Below, piece by piece: positions 52,763-64,000 of a stretch of 64,000 nucleotides of DNA. The first letter of the stretch is position 1. The number at the start of each line of letters is the position of its first letter. The stretch comes from Carcharhinus amblyrhynchos (taxonomy: Eukaryota): the NCBI GenBank assembly GCA_965287045.1, contig OZ336876.1:49352001-49416000 (forward strand), given 5' to 3'. The notes below the pieces were generated by a model. That model was not told the DNA's origin and did not search any database. It worked only from the letters and a program-made list of their open reading frames with translations. A program made the position numbers and the translations under genes.

Positions 52763-53393
52763 CTGTGTAGGACAAAATGAGAATACTGCACTCAAGTTTA
52801 AAAAATGATATTTTTCAGTTCCTAGAAAATGACACTTAATTCCTGCTTCCATTTTCAATCGAAAAGGGGACAGGATATTTGCAGTATTTTGCTTTCATTA
52901 CAAACTGTTCTGAAACTGCCTAGAGCTATTTACACATTCATCCATGCTGAGCAATTAACTCAATGTTTGGTCACTCATGGCTGGAATGTTTCCCTCATCA
53001 GTCTCCCTTTTGTCACAATAGTGCTGCACCCTCATTGTTTGTTAGTTCACCAGTTTGAAAGGTATGTTTCCCCAGAGATAAGTGTATGTTTTCTCTAATT
53101 CATTAGAATAGATGGCTGCTGCGATCACAAGAATCGAGATAGAGACAAAACTCAGGCACAAGAACAAAAGCACAACTATAGAAATCACTTTAATGCTCAA
53201 GACATTTTAAAAATTTGCCTGGCTCAAAGACAAAAAGCTCAAACAACCAACACGAAGCAACATTGCAGTGAAAATATACCCAATTAAACTGGCATAAATC
53301 TTCTCAGTAATGAAGAGGTTAAATCAGAAACAACACCAAAACAGCAGCAAAGAGACCATGCTTATCCCATCATTCTGGGCCACTTTCTAAGCA

Positions 53394-53706
53394 AGAAGTC
53401 TCACAACACCAGGTTAAAGTCCAACAGGTTTATTTGGTAGTAAAAGCCACTAGCTTTTGGAGTGCTGCCCCTTCATCAGGTGAATGGGATTCTAAATACA
53501 AATACAGCAGGTGATTAAGCACAAATTCCCAGAGTGCAAAACACCATAAAAGAAACAAACGTTCTTACTGAACCACTCACCTGATAAGGGGCAGCACTCT
53601 GAAAGCTAGTGGCTTTTGCTACTAAATAAACCTGTTGGACTTTAACCTAGTGTTGAGAGACTTCTGACTGTGTTTACCCCAGTCCAACACCAGCATCTCC
53701 GATTCA
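53394..53706. mobile_element. Penelope-like element ends in inverted orientation
   Basis: ~93-bp inverted repeat (53394-53487 / 53573-53665). Each arm carries a hammerhead-like core. ccacttt occurs on both flanks. Confidence 0.7.
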
Positions 53707-53947
53707 CCACTTTAAGCTCCAGAAGTGTATGCAAATTCACAGCTATCCAGCACCTAAAATTCTAATCTAATTCTAACATTAAAATGAAAATTACCAATCA
53801 TTGTCAGTAGACAGGTTTTTAAACTTTGTCTCTCAATAGTATTTCCTTTTAAAGCTACTGTGTCCTATGAGCTACAATTAAAGGCAATTACTTAACTACT
53901 GCATAACTAGAAATTTTATAAAGTGGCAAAATACACAACCTACTCAC

Positions 53948-54130
53948 CACACATACTCCATAGTGAATATGGGCAAGGGTTATTATTGTTGTCAAAACAA
54001 TAAGGAGATGATATTCTTTGTCTTGTAGGATACCCGAGATCACAAATATCATGCCAGCAGCCAAGGGTAGGAGAAGCCAACTGAGGGGCTGGCAACGGGT
54101 GTTACTCATTTGGCAAACTATGAGCTTACA
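53948..54130 (-). CDS. SELENOI: SELENOI penultimate coding exon
   Basis: 183 nt, ctgcag|TGT...GTG|gtgagt. CKLIVCQMSNTRCQPLSWLLLP...LAHIHYGVCV. Confidence 0.95.
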
Positions 54131-54461
54131 CTGCAGAGTAGGAAAAAAAAAACAAGCAATTACTTACATTTATACAAGTAAAGGACAAGAGCGCTTCTTC
54201 ATAATCCAAAAAAAAAATCACCAGTACTTCAAAACAAATGGACAGGGAACCTTCCTAATGAAGGAGCCAAGTTCTAAGCTTATTCAATAAGAACGTTTCT
54301 TTTACTTATGGTGTTTTGCACCATGTGGGAATTTGTGCTTAAATCATCTACTATATTTGAATACAGAGGCATGATTGTGCCTCAAAAGTTATGCAGATGA
54401 ACACACTGCATCAATGCCATTTTCGTTTAGATTATGGCAGCAAGAGTAGGGAAAATTGGTT

Positions 54462-54481
54462 GGGGGGGGGGGGGGGGGGGG
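54462..54481. repeat. G20 homopolymer
   Basis: Direct read; it lies within a GC-richer repeat block in a SELENOI intron. Confidence 0.9.
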
Positions 54482-57032
54482 TGCAGGTGCAGGGGGTACC
54501 CCAAAGACATGCTGGGGAATCCCAATTGCAAGTTCCCAGGGAACATTCCTGGATAATTGCACTGGGAACTGGCTTTGCCAGTTGCACTAACAGCAAGAAG
54601 GGATAAAACTATTCCTAACTTCAGCATAACTATTTTAAAGACCCAGAATGGCCCCCAAACTGCAAAGCACAAGAGACTCCTTGACATGCCCCCCAACAAT
54701 TAGTGCCATAACAAAAAAGGGGGTATTTCCTCCTTCACTCAGTGCTGGAGGGGGGAAACAGGCTGCATAGTGTAAATCTCACCCAGCCTGAATTTGGAAG
54801 GTTGGGTGAGACAAACACTTAAGAATTTTAGCACAGATAAGTGGGTATTAGAGATGCAATCCAACATTGACTGCCGCTTCTTGGGGACAATAACTGAAAT
54901 ATATGCAATATCTACTGTGTGATAATGAGGCCATTCTACACTGTTGCCAACTCCAGGATCAGCCTCAAGTCTCCAGATCACTGCTGAAGCCTGGAGAAAA
55001 ATCAGGGCATTAAAAAAATGGCCTTTTGTCATTTTCTTTGACCATTTCTCTTTAACAGATATATAGAAAAGAGTGAAAAAATGTCTTGTTGGCTGATAGT
55101 TGAGTTTCAATTGGGTAATGGGTCTTTTTGCTTTCCAATTAGCATAGGAAGGCAGTACATCACAGGGATGGATGCACTAGCTGAACAAGTGGCTGGAGCA
55201 TGGGGAAGAAAGATGAAGAAACTTCCAGGAATACATTCACAGTTGGCAGCCCTACCACTAATAGACATTTCATGCTATAGTTATATACCAAGATTGCAAA
55301 TTTCTAGCATGACTTAAGTAAAGCTAAAGCATTATAGATTTTAAAAAGTGAAGCAACTTCAATGAAGGATACCACATGATTCCATGTGCACTGCCACAAT
55401 TAAACATGAAGCCCCAAGTAGATTAGGTATATTAATGAGATTCATGGTTTTAATGTCATACTGAGTGACAACAGCAAAGGATCACATGACGTAGTTCAAA
55501 TTGAAAATGATTGAAAAATCATTTGCTGTCAATTGTACATCAACTAGTTGTCCTACATTTGTCAGTCATCTAAAAAAAAATCTAACCTCAAGTTACCAAT
55601 GAATATCAATCTTAAACATTGATCTTAACAAGAAATTTAATACTGAATTACTGTGATATATTAACTGCCTTTATAGCCTCAATAATCTTAATTTGCCAAT
55701 AAACTCCCATCTACATGCTGTTTCATTACTCAAAACTTAAGTACTGCTAGCTGCATTTGAGGATAAGCAACAGGTGCTAATGTATAATTTGTTGTCGAAC
55801 TTCTTTCATGATGTGGCAAAAAACGGTTACTCAGGAGCTTGCATGTATTCTAACTGGAGGTTCATAAAAAGAACAAACTGATCTAAATTAAACAGTTTTA
55901 AAAGACAAGTTGTGGTTCACCTTCACTTCTAGTCATAAATTCAAACATTATATAGAATATGATAAATCCCAGTGTTCTTAATGTAAATTGCCGTTGTGGT
56001 CAATGCCTTTTAAAAGATAATCATGAACCTAATTGTTGAAATGATCACTGGTCAATCTTGTCTTTTGCCACTTTATTGGGGAAGATTTTCTGGAAACTGT
56101 CACAATTTTTATTGCAGAAACAGTGAAAAATGAGAATTTCCTGCTCATTAAAAAAAGCATCCAACAATTTTGTATAAACATTCAAGATTACCCAAAGTGC
56201 TCGTGTAGTTAATATCCAACATGTGTCAATTGGTAAAGATGGTTAGATAATGGTAAACAAATCTCCATTTACACAAATTAACCAATCTAAAGACAGCCAC
56301 ACCTACTGGATACAGAACAACATTCTGAAAGTCCATCCAGATTATATTTAGTGTTTGAAACTGCACACTGCTGCATGAATGTTACATTTATTTAAATTAC
56401 ACGAGCTCCCAACCCCTCAAAAAAGTGTAAACCAACAAGTTCACTAACAAGTTCTGATGTTCACTGCATTAGTACTTGGATTATCCTCAATTGGAAACTA
56501 ATTGAGGTAACAAGGAAATTTAGAGAAATCTCACTGATAAAATGGTTGGCATTAGTCCTGCAACTTTCAGGCAATACTTGATATAATGATTTTTAATCTC
56601 AAATAGGAGGGCAGCACAGCCTGGAGCAGAAAGTTAACATTGTTGAGAAAAACCTCAAAGATTTATCCAATTAGCACTTAATTGATGACAAACAAATGAT
56701 AAACATTCACACATGAATAGGTCTATAAATAACAACATCTTTAGATGGGTTGCTGCCACTGACAACCATGCTGCAAATACATAAGTAATGATGAATAATA
56801 ATTTTCTTTAGCATGCTATTTAGCAAATACAAGTTCCTGAGGATTTATTTCCCCTTAATGTCCAGTGATCTTACAAAATATAGTGCCACTGAATGCTCTA
56901 CATTGAGCAACTGCTACTACAGCAGTGCCTCTTTTCATTCATCTCTCAGCACTTAGCTTAAAAGTAACAAGCACGCCATCTTCCTATTAACCACAAGAAA
57001 CCCTACAAATAATTTGTATGATTGGATCTTAC

Positions 57033-57213
57033 CGTAATATTAGAAAATGCTGTGCCAACCAAAAAGTATACTATTCGTGGATGTTTCTCTATAACATCAT
57101 ATGGTGATGTACAGACCCAGAATGTGCAGAGACCAAAAAGCAATATTGGTGAGATGAATGGCAGCATTGCTTCATAAAAGGAATGGTGCTTCAGAGTGTT
57201 AGACCTATATGCT
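57033..57213 (-). CDS. SELENOI: SELENOI internal exon
   Basis: 181 nt, cctag|A...ACG|gtaaga. AYRSNTLKHHSFYEAMLPFISP...HPRIVYFLVGTAFSNIT (within ORF 57003..57233). Confidence 0.95.
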
Positions 57214-57689
57214 CTAGGAATTAAGGAAAGCACAGATAATCAAAGTAGTCAAACTCTATCCAAGTTACTCAAAATTTCCTAGACCAAAATATTTATATTG
57301 CTATGTTTATAACAGAATGCTTTTATCATGCAGTACAGCACACACCACCACAAACATGCAAACCTTGAGCTCAAAAGACCCCAAAAATGATACTACCCTA
57401 CCAAAGTTTTAGGACATATTACAAAACTTCAGTTTCCAAAATATTCCTTTCCTTGTATGCACTTAACTTAGCCTAAGGATTACAGATGCAATAGATCACC
57501 CAATCATCATAGCCAACATCAATAACATTTAGAATTTCAGACCTCCTTAACAGGCAAGCATACTGGATATTATATCTCCAAATTAATGTCAAAGAATATA
57601 AGAACAGAATAAATAAATGAGACTGATACAGACCAAAATTTGTGATTAAGGTTAATGACAGCAAGTATTCAGTGAGGTTATTCAAAGCA

Positions 57690-57905
57690 TAACGTAAGGA
57701 CTAGGAGTAGTAGGCCATCTGGCCCCCCGAGCCTGCTCTGCCATTCAATAAGATCAAGGCTGATCTTCTCATGGACTCAGCTTCACTTATCCACTCACTC
57801 ATCATAACCCTCAATTCCTTTACTGTTCAAAGATTTATCTATCCTTGCCTTAGAAGTATTCAATGAGGTAGCCTCAATTGCTTCACTGAGCAGGGAGTTT
57901 CACAG
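57690..57905 (-). mobile_element. CR1 3' tail fragment
   Basis: taggagtagtaggccatctggcccc...ccattcaataagatc, similar to the tails at 44530 and 60230. Confidence 0.75.
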
Positions 57906-58026
57906 CATCATCCATTAGCTTTTAAAAATACTTAAATTTTTATAAAATATTCAAATTATAACATTAACACTGACAGAACTTTACAAATATGGAACAACTT
58001 TTAATTAATCAAAAGCAGATACTTAC

Positions 58027-58075
58027 CTGAAAACGTTATACAAACTCACAGGAAATGTGACAATAAAGGCACAAC
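58027..58075 (-). CDS. SELENOI: SELENOI small internal exon
   Basis: 49 nt, tctag|GT...AG|gtaagt. (G)CAFIVTFPVSLYNVF(R); phase 1 to phase 2, which links the flanking exons in frame. Confidence 0.93.
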
Positions 58076-58873
58076 CTAGAAAATAGAATAAGTAACTTTC
58101 AATACATAAGCAGCAGAATATGTCCATTAAACTAACTGGCCTATTTTACAATAAATTTACAATTGCAGGCTGAGAAAATCTTCACATACAAATCACCTAA
58201 TAAAGAAAAATGGTATGTTTAAGATGGGAACAATGCTTCAGTACTTGTGCTCAGGCATCATAAGTGGTTCATGACGTTCCATGTCATACGTTTACATGGT
58301 CCAAAGAGTTTGGCCAATCCAAAACTAGAAAATTTAAAGGCCTGGATTTTGTCGTGATATTGACAGCTACATTGTCAGCTGTCAGTATCCTTACTCTTCA
58401 TAAGCCAACAGCAACCTCTGGAGTCCACAAATGTATGGAAAACATGGATATCCAGAAGTTGCTCTAGGCAATTCTATGCTGCTCCTGTTTAATCTGATGA
58501 AAGGTCATTAACCTTTAATGTCAACTGCTTCTCTCACCATAGATGCTGTCGGACAGGCTGAGCATTTCAATAAAGAGACTTTAATGCACAATATAATTTT
58601 GTTATTTTGCTTAAACACTCATTTGACAGATCTAGGCACCATTCCACAGTCAGAAGGACAAGGTAGTAACCTTCTACTGCTCAAACTGAAGGAATACAAC
58701 TTACTGTCCTTCAAGAGCAGGACTGAGATCAAAATCATTAGCTCTGTATTTGTTAGAAATCTACATTCTATTTGAAGCAGAGGCCAAACCTAAGTGTTTT
58801 CATCATGCTTTATAAATTTTTAATACTGTTTTCATACAAATAACTCTTACCATATTTAACTAAAGCTACATAC

Positions 58874-58982
58874 CCAGAATCATGACACTGAAGAGATCTC
58901 TGTACTGGAAATTAAGGAAGATGGGTCCATACCAAGCTTCAACACCAACTATGGCAGTTATGATGTACACAACTGAAATGGT
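58874..58982 (-). CDS. SELENOI: SELENOI internal exon
   Basis: 109 nt, ttccag|ACC...CTGG|gtatgt. [36 protein letters not shown]; phase matches both neighbours. Confidence 0.95.
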
Positions 58983-60138
58983 CTGGAAAAGAATTAAGAA
59001 GTGTATAAGCTTTTTTAGGCTTTGTGAGCTGTTTTTCTGTAATGGTTTGTATTTTTGAGCGGTTGAGAGTGATTTATAACGCCCAAATCATTTCATTATC
59101 AAATTTAACATGCTTTATCAAGACGACATTTTGTAAACGGTCACCTTAACTACTGCTGTAGTGAGAAATTGGCAAGTCTCAGCCAATTAATTTGTTGTAT
59201 AAACATTTTCAAATGGAATTGCCCATTCAACAAGGTAATCAAAACGAAAATACCATTAATTGACATACTCAAATTGCATCTTGAGCGTATAAAAGTCTTA
59301 CACACTTTCCACGTTGTAGACATAAGGATTACAGCAGAGAATTGAAGTGCATCTTTGCATTTTTCAACAATTTTATGAACTAATATTTGAGGCATTGCAG
59401 TTTGGTCTTTAATTTTGACAAGAACAGTGACTTTTTTTAGAAACAGCTTTGATTTTTACTGAACTCTAAGAATATGGGTGAACCCACGCACAGTGCCTTT
59501 CAAGTTCAACGTCTCATTATGATTATCTGTTTTCAGCAACATTATCAAACCTAAAGATCACTTGTTTGGAATTTGAGGAAATAAGCCGGAGGTAAACAGG
59601 GATCAGTGATTTTAGTGGCTTGGACTTTGTAGGTGAACAAGAGTAGTCACTGCTGACTGAAAAAAATGCCTCACTCAGAGATATAACAATCTCTGGTAAG
59701 AACTTCACCTTTCAATATGCATAGTTTAATGAAGTTTGAAGTGTTGTGCAGCACTTGTCATTTAGCTATCCAGGCAGCCATTGAGGACAGCCAACCAAGA
59801 AATGAAAAGCTTCAATCAAGCCGTTTTAGTTTGTTTTTCCCAGAGCAAATTAAAGGTTGGAACAAATCATATGGGCTGAAATATGATGAGTCTTAAAGTT
59901 ATTAAAAGTCTAGGAATCAATCATAATGAAGACAGTTAACAGTCCACAAATATAAAGTTTACTTTTTTTTGAAAGAGTCAACCTGCACTTGCACTAAATC
60001 CTGAAGCAAGAGTCAGAGGGACATAGGCAGAAAATTCTGAGTTTGCCTCAAAAGTACTCCAAATTCTGGACAGTTTCAAACTGAAGGCAGGGGTTAAGGG
60101 TAGCTGATCAAGCCAGCTAACAATGCTACACAGGGATC

Positions 60139-60218
60139 AAGAACGTAAGAACGTAAGAACGTAAGAACGTAAGAACGTAAGAACGTAAGAACGTAAGAAC
60201 GTAAGAACGTAAGAACGT
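60139..60218. repeat. (AAGAACGT)10 perfect octamer microsatellite forming the CR1 3' tail
   Basis: Ten exact units directly adjoining the CR1 3'UTR. Confidence 0.95.
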
Positions 60219-61353
60219 AAGATAAGAAATAGGAGGAGTAGGCCATCTAGCCCTTCGAGCCTGCCCCGCCATTCAATAAGATCATGGCTGATCTGTCGCT
60301 GCTCAGTTCCACTTTCCCGCCCTCTCCCCATAACCCTTAATCCCCTCTCTTATTAAGAACCCATCAACCCGTGTCTTAAAAATATTTAGCGAGGCAGCCT
60401 CCACCACCTCAACGGGCAGAGAATTCCAGAGATTCACCACCCTTTGAGTGAAGAAGTTCCTCCTCAACTCCGTTCTAAACCGCCTCCCCTTTATCTTGAG
60501 GCTGTGCCCCCTAGTCCTACTGTCTTTTTTGAGCGGGAAGAGTCTCTCCACCTCTATCCTATCCATCCCATTCATCATCTTATACGTCTCAATGAGATCT
60601 CCCCTCATTCTTCTAAACTCTAACGAGTACAAGCCTAGTTTATTCAGCCTCTCCTCATAGCTCAATCCCCTCAACTCCGGTATCAGCCTAGTAAACCTCC
60701 TCTGCACTCCCTCCAGGGCCAAAATATCCTTGCGCAGGTGCGGCGCCCAAAACTGCACACAGTACTCCAGCTGCGGCCTCACCAATGCCCTATACAGCTG
60801 CAGCAAGACCTCTCTACTTTTATATTCAATCCCCCTCGCTATGAAGGCCAGCATCCCATTCGCCTTCCTGACCACCTGCTGCACCTGCAAGCTGGGTTTT
60901 TGCGACTCATGCACAAGGACCCCGAGGTCCCTCTGCACCGTCGCCTGCTGCAGTTTTTCGCCACGTAAGTAATAGTCCTTCCTACCAAAGTGGACCACCT
61001 CGCACTTGCCAACATTAAATTCCATTTGCCATTTCCTGGCCCATTCGCCCAGCCTATCTAGATCCTTCTGCAGACTCTCCGCACCCTCCACACAATTTGC
61101 CTTTCCCCCAATCTTGGTGTCATCAGCAAATTTTGACACCCTGCACTCAGTTCCCTCCTCCAGATCATCTATATAAATGGTAAATAGCTGAGGCCCCAGC
61201 ACCGACCCCTGGGGCACCCCACTAGTCACCAACCGCCAATCCGAATAGCACCCATTGACCCCCACTCTGCCTCCTATTTGACAACCAATCCTCTATCCAC
61301 GCTAACACCCTACCCCCAACTCCATGTCCCCTGACCTTCTGCAATAACCTCTT
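60139..61353 (-). mobile_element. Very young 5'-truncated CR1 LINE with an uninterrupted ORF2 3' part
   Basis: ORF 60303..61265 (320 aa): GVPQGSVLGP, FADD, through to the natural stop (KGYGERAGKWN*). Same subfamily as 44518-45805. Confidence 0.96.
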
Positions 61354-61371
61354 GATGGAATCTTGATGGAA

Positions 61372-62245
61372 GTGATGGAATCTTGGTTGTTCACAATTTA
61401 CAATGATTTAGCCTCCAAAAATTAGAAACAATTTCAAAATTTGCAGAAGGCACCAAATTGGGAGGTGTAGCTAACACAAGAATGTGACAAAATACAAGAA
61501 TTCAATAATAAGCTTACAGAATGGAAATTTAGAAAATGGATTTCAACATGCCAGGTCTGCAGTGGTGCATTTGGTTAGGAAGATCAAGAAGGCCACACAC
61601 ATATTGAAAAATAAGTATCTAAACAGGTTCAAGGAGCAAGAGATTTCAGGAGTTACAGGTGCACAAAATCACAAAGTAGCAATGCCAGTTCCTAACACTC
61701 CAAACGAAAAGCAATTTACAAAGGTAGAGGCTTGAAGAGTGAAAAGCAAAGAAACAATGTTAAAATTGTTTAGAAGCTTGGTTAGACCACACTTGGAGTA
61801 CTGTGCACAGCTAATCTCCATATTATAAAAACATCTAACTACTGCAATATTGTGAATGTGATCACAAGGATAACACCAGAACAAAGAAAATGTATTAATC
61901 AGGTAAAGCTGAACCAGCTGGCATTCTGATGGAGATAGTTCAAAAAATATTTTCACTTGTGGGAGGCACCCAAACTAGCAAAAAAAATGAAAAAGGTAAT
62001 AAATACAAATAAAAATAAATACAACAGTGAATTCAGAAGAAACCACTTCACTCAAAGTATGATAAGAACGTGTAACATGTTACAATGAGTAGTTGAAGCC
62101 AATAGTAAAGATACATTTAAAGAGTGGCTAGATAATCACATAAGAATGGATTAGAAGGATACACTGAGGGTTAGGTGAAGTAAAGTAGGTGGAAGCTTGT
62201 ATAGAATGTAAGTGCCAGCTTAGACCAGTTATGCCAAATGATCAG
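61372..62245 (+). mobile_element. Old CR1 (its left part is at about 60085-60138) split by the young CR1
   Basis: ...ctacacagggatc (QGS-like) left of the insertion continues as LFTIY-NDL, SKFAEGTKLGG and LVRPHLEYCAQ on the right. Confidence 0.7.
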
Positions 62246-62849
62246 TTTCTGCAGCATACATAGTTATACAAAGATGGATAGAACAGTGTATGTGATCTGA
62301 AATGCATTGGCTGAAGGTGTGATGGAGGTAGATTCACTTTTGGCCTTTGGAAGAGAATTAGGTAAGTACTTAAGTGAAAGAAACTTGCAGGGTTAGAGGG
62401 AACAAACAAAAGAGCAGGACTTGCTAGATTGAGTCCTTGCTGGCTCTGCAAAATCAAAGAGTCTTTAATGCTGCAACCATTTTATAATTCAATGAAATAT
62501 CAAACTTTTCCAAGAAAATCCCTATCTTAAACTTCATTATTAATAATTACTTGCATAAAATTCTAAAATTGTTAACTACTAGCCACATTCACAAATATTC
62601 AACCAAGAACAAAGATGAACACCCAGATTACAGTATCACTTTTCTGCTGGATATCCAGCAAAGTGTGGCAGTTTATCAAAAAATCAATGCACTTCAAATG
62701 ACAGCTAAACACATGCAGATAGCAGATAAGAGTTATGTTTGTATCATACAATCACTGCACATCAAAAGTTTTCAGAGTGTGAAGTACTGAGTTTCACAAT
62801 AACAAACTATTCCATAAATCAAGGTATTTTTATTTTTAAAGTCACTTAC

Positions 62850-63112
62850 CACTTGACTAATGTCATATCCCCAAGGAAGGAAAAGGACTCCTGTATTGTA
62901 CTTCTCCCAGTGTGAAAGTATGAAGGAAAACAGCACCACCCACAGAATGAAGAAAAGGGTAAGAACACTGACACCTGCCTCCCCACGTCCAAAGATGGAG
63001 TAGACAGTGACTACAAAAAATATACACGCCCAGCTGTCTAAACCATGGTCAAAAAGTTCGCCAAGTGGAGTGCTGGAGCTAGTCCGCCGAGCTTGTTTCC
63101 CATCAACTCCAT
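62850..63112 (-). CDS. SELENOI: SELENOI (ethanolamine phosphotransferase 1) internal exon with the CDP-alcohol phosphotransferase motif; upstream exons lie beyond the window
   Basis: 263 nt, ctaacag|AT...GTG|gtaagt. Translates (D)[27 protein letters not shown]...[12 protein letters not shown], which fits D-G-x2-A-R-x8-G-x3-D-x3-D. Confidence 0.96.
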
Positions 63113-64000
63113 CTGTTAGAAATTGATAGAGATAAACTCAGTGTTAGAGTCACCATAGTATTTCCCCAAAAGAAATACACTTGGTTTTATAACCATGTAT
63201 TTTATTTATATTCCACCTATCCAGGTAAATGGCAATTTTTACAAATATCTTCCTCCTTTTTCTTCATTGGATTATGCAAATATCTGGTTAGTAAAAGAAA
63301 ACTATGCAACATGGACTGTACATCTCTAAACAACAATTTGTAATTACTCAGCATCTTTATCATGGTAGAACACCCAAGGTGCTTCACAAGAAAATTCCAA
63401 AACAAAATCTGACATCGTCATCCAAAAAGACATTGTAGCAGATGACCAAACACTTGGTCAAAGAGGTAGATTTTAAGGAGTGCCTTAAAAAATGAGGAAA
63501 GAGGACAGAGACACAGGATTTCTGGAGTGGGGAGTGCAATTCCAGAGCTAGGTGTCTTAGCAGCTGAAGGCAAGGCCACCAACACCACAGCAATTAAAAT
63601 ATGGGAGGTCAGAGTTGAGAAGCACAGACATCTTTACACGCTGGAAGAGTTTACAGGAATAATTAAAGTTGAGGTGTAACAACTGGAAGCCCATGTTGGT
63701 CAGCAATTAAAAAATAAAGTTCACACTGTATTCATCCTCAGTAACGGAACAGAAGAAAACCATTCATTCCCTCAAACCTGTCAGAGCATTCATAATGGCT
63801 GATTTGTATCAACTCTAGCAACCCAAAAATCCTTAAAACCCTTGCCAAACAAAAATGTATCAATCTCGAACTTTAACTGACCTACCTCAAGATCTTCAGA
63901 TTTGCACTACCCTTCTGGGGAAGAGGTGTTTTTTTGATGTTACCTTAAAACTAGAGCTAAGCTGTTCTGGGGTTATACCCTCAGGTTCTGCACGTCCCAC

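Noticed and set aside
60137-60331. ORF with LRSYVLTF repeats; also considered as a CRISPR-like array
   Set aside because: It is a translation of the 8-bp CR1 tail microsatellite, with no spacers, in a eukaryotic context.

Overview
AT-rich vertebrate genomic DNA, most likely from a shark or other cartilaginous fish, judging by its HE1/V-SINE, CR1, L2 and Penelope-type repeats. Two spliced genes lie in tandem on the minus strand. The first is the 3' half of SELENOI/EPT1: six coding exons from 63112 down to 52649, an in-frame UGA read as selenocysteine at 52697-52699, a SECIS at about 51778-51839, and a probable ~6.4-kb repeat-free 3'UTR. The second is DRC1/CCDC164: ATG at 39563, 13 coding exons down to 2915 (579 codons), continuing past the left edge, with a CpG-island promoter carrying four regularly spaced RFX X-boxes. 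Introns are full of nested transposon debris (CR1, L2, Gypsy, Harbinger, SINEs, and Penelope ends with decayed hammerhead motifs). The most unusual object is a ~280-bp polyadenylated element in DRC1 intron 3. Its head is the first 40 nt of U2 snRNA and its body is a non-U2 tandem-hairpin sequence, making it a candidate snRNA-headed SINE. Almost all ORF-track entries are spurious or transposon-derived. Family assignments come from recognising motifs by eye, not from database searches.
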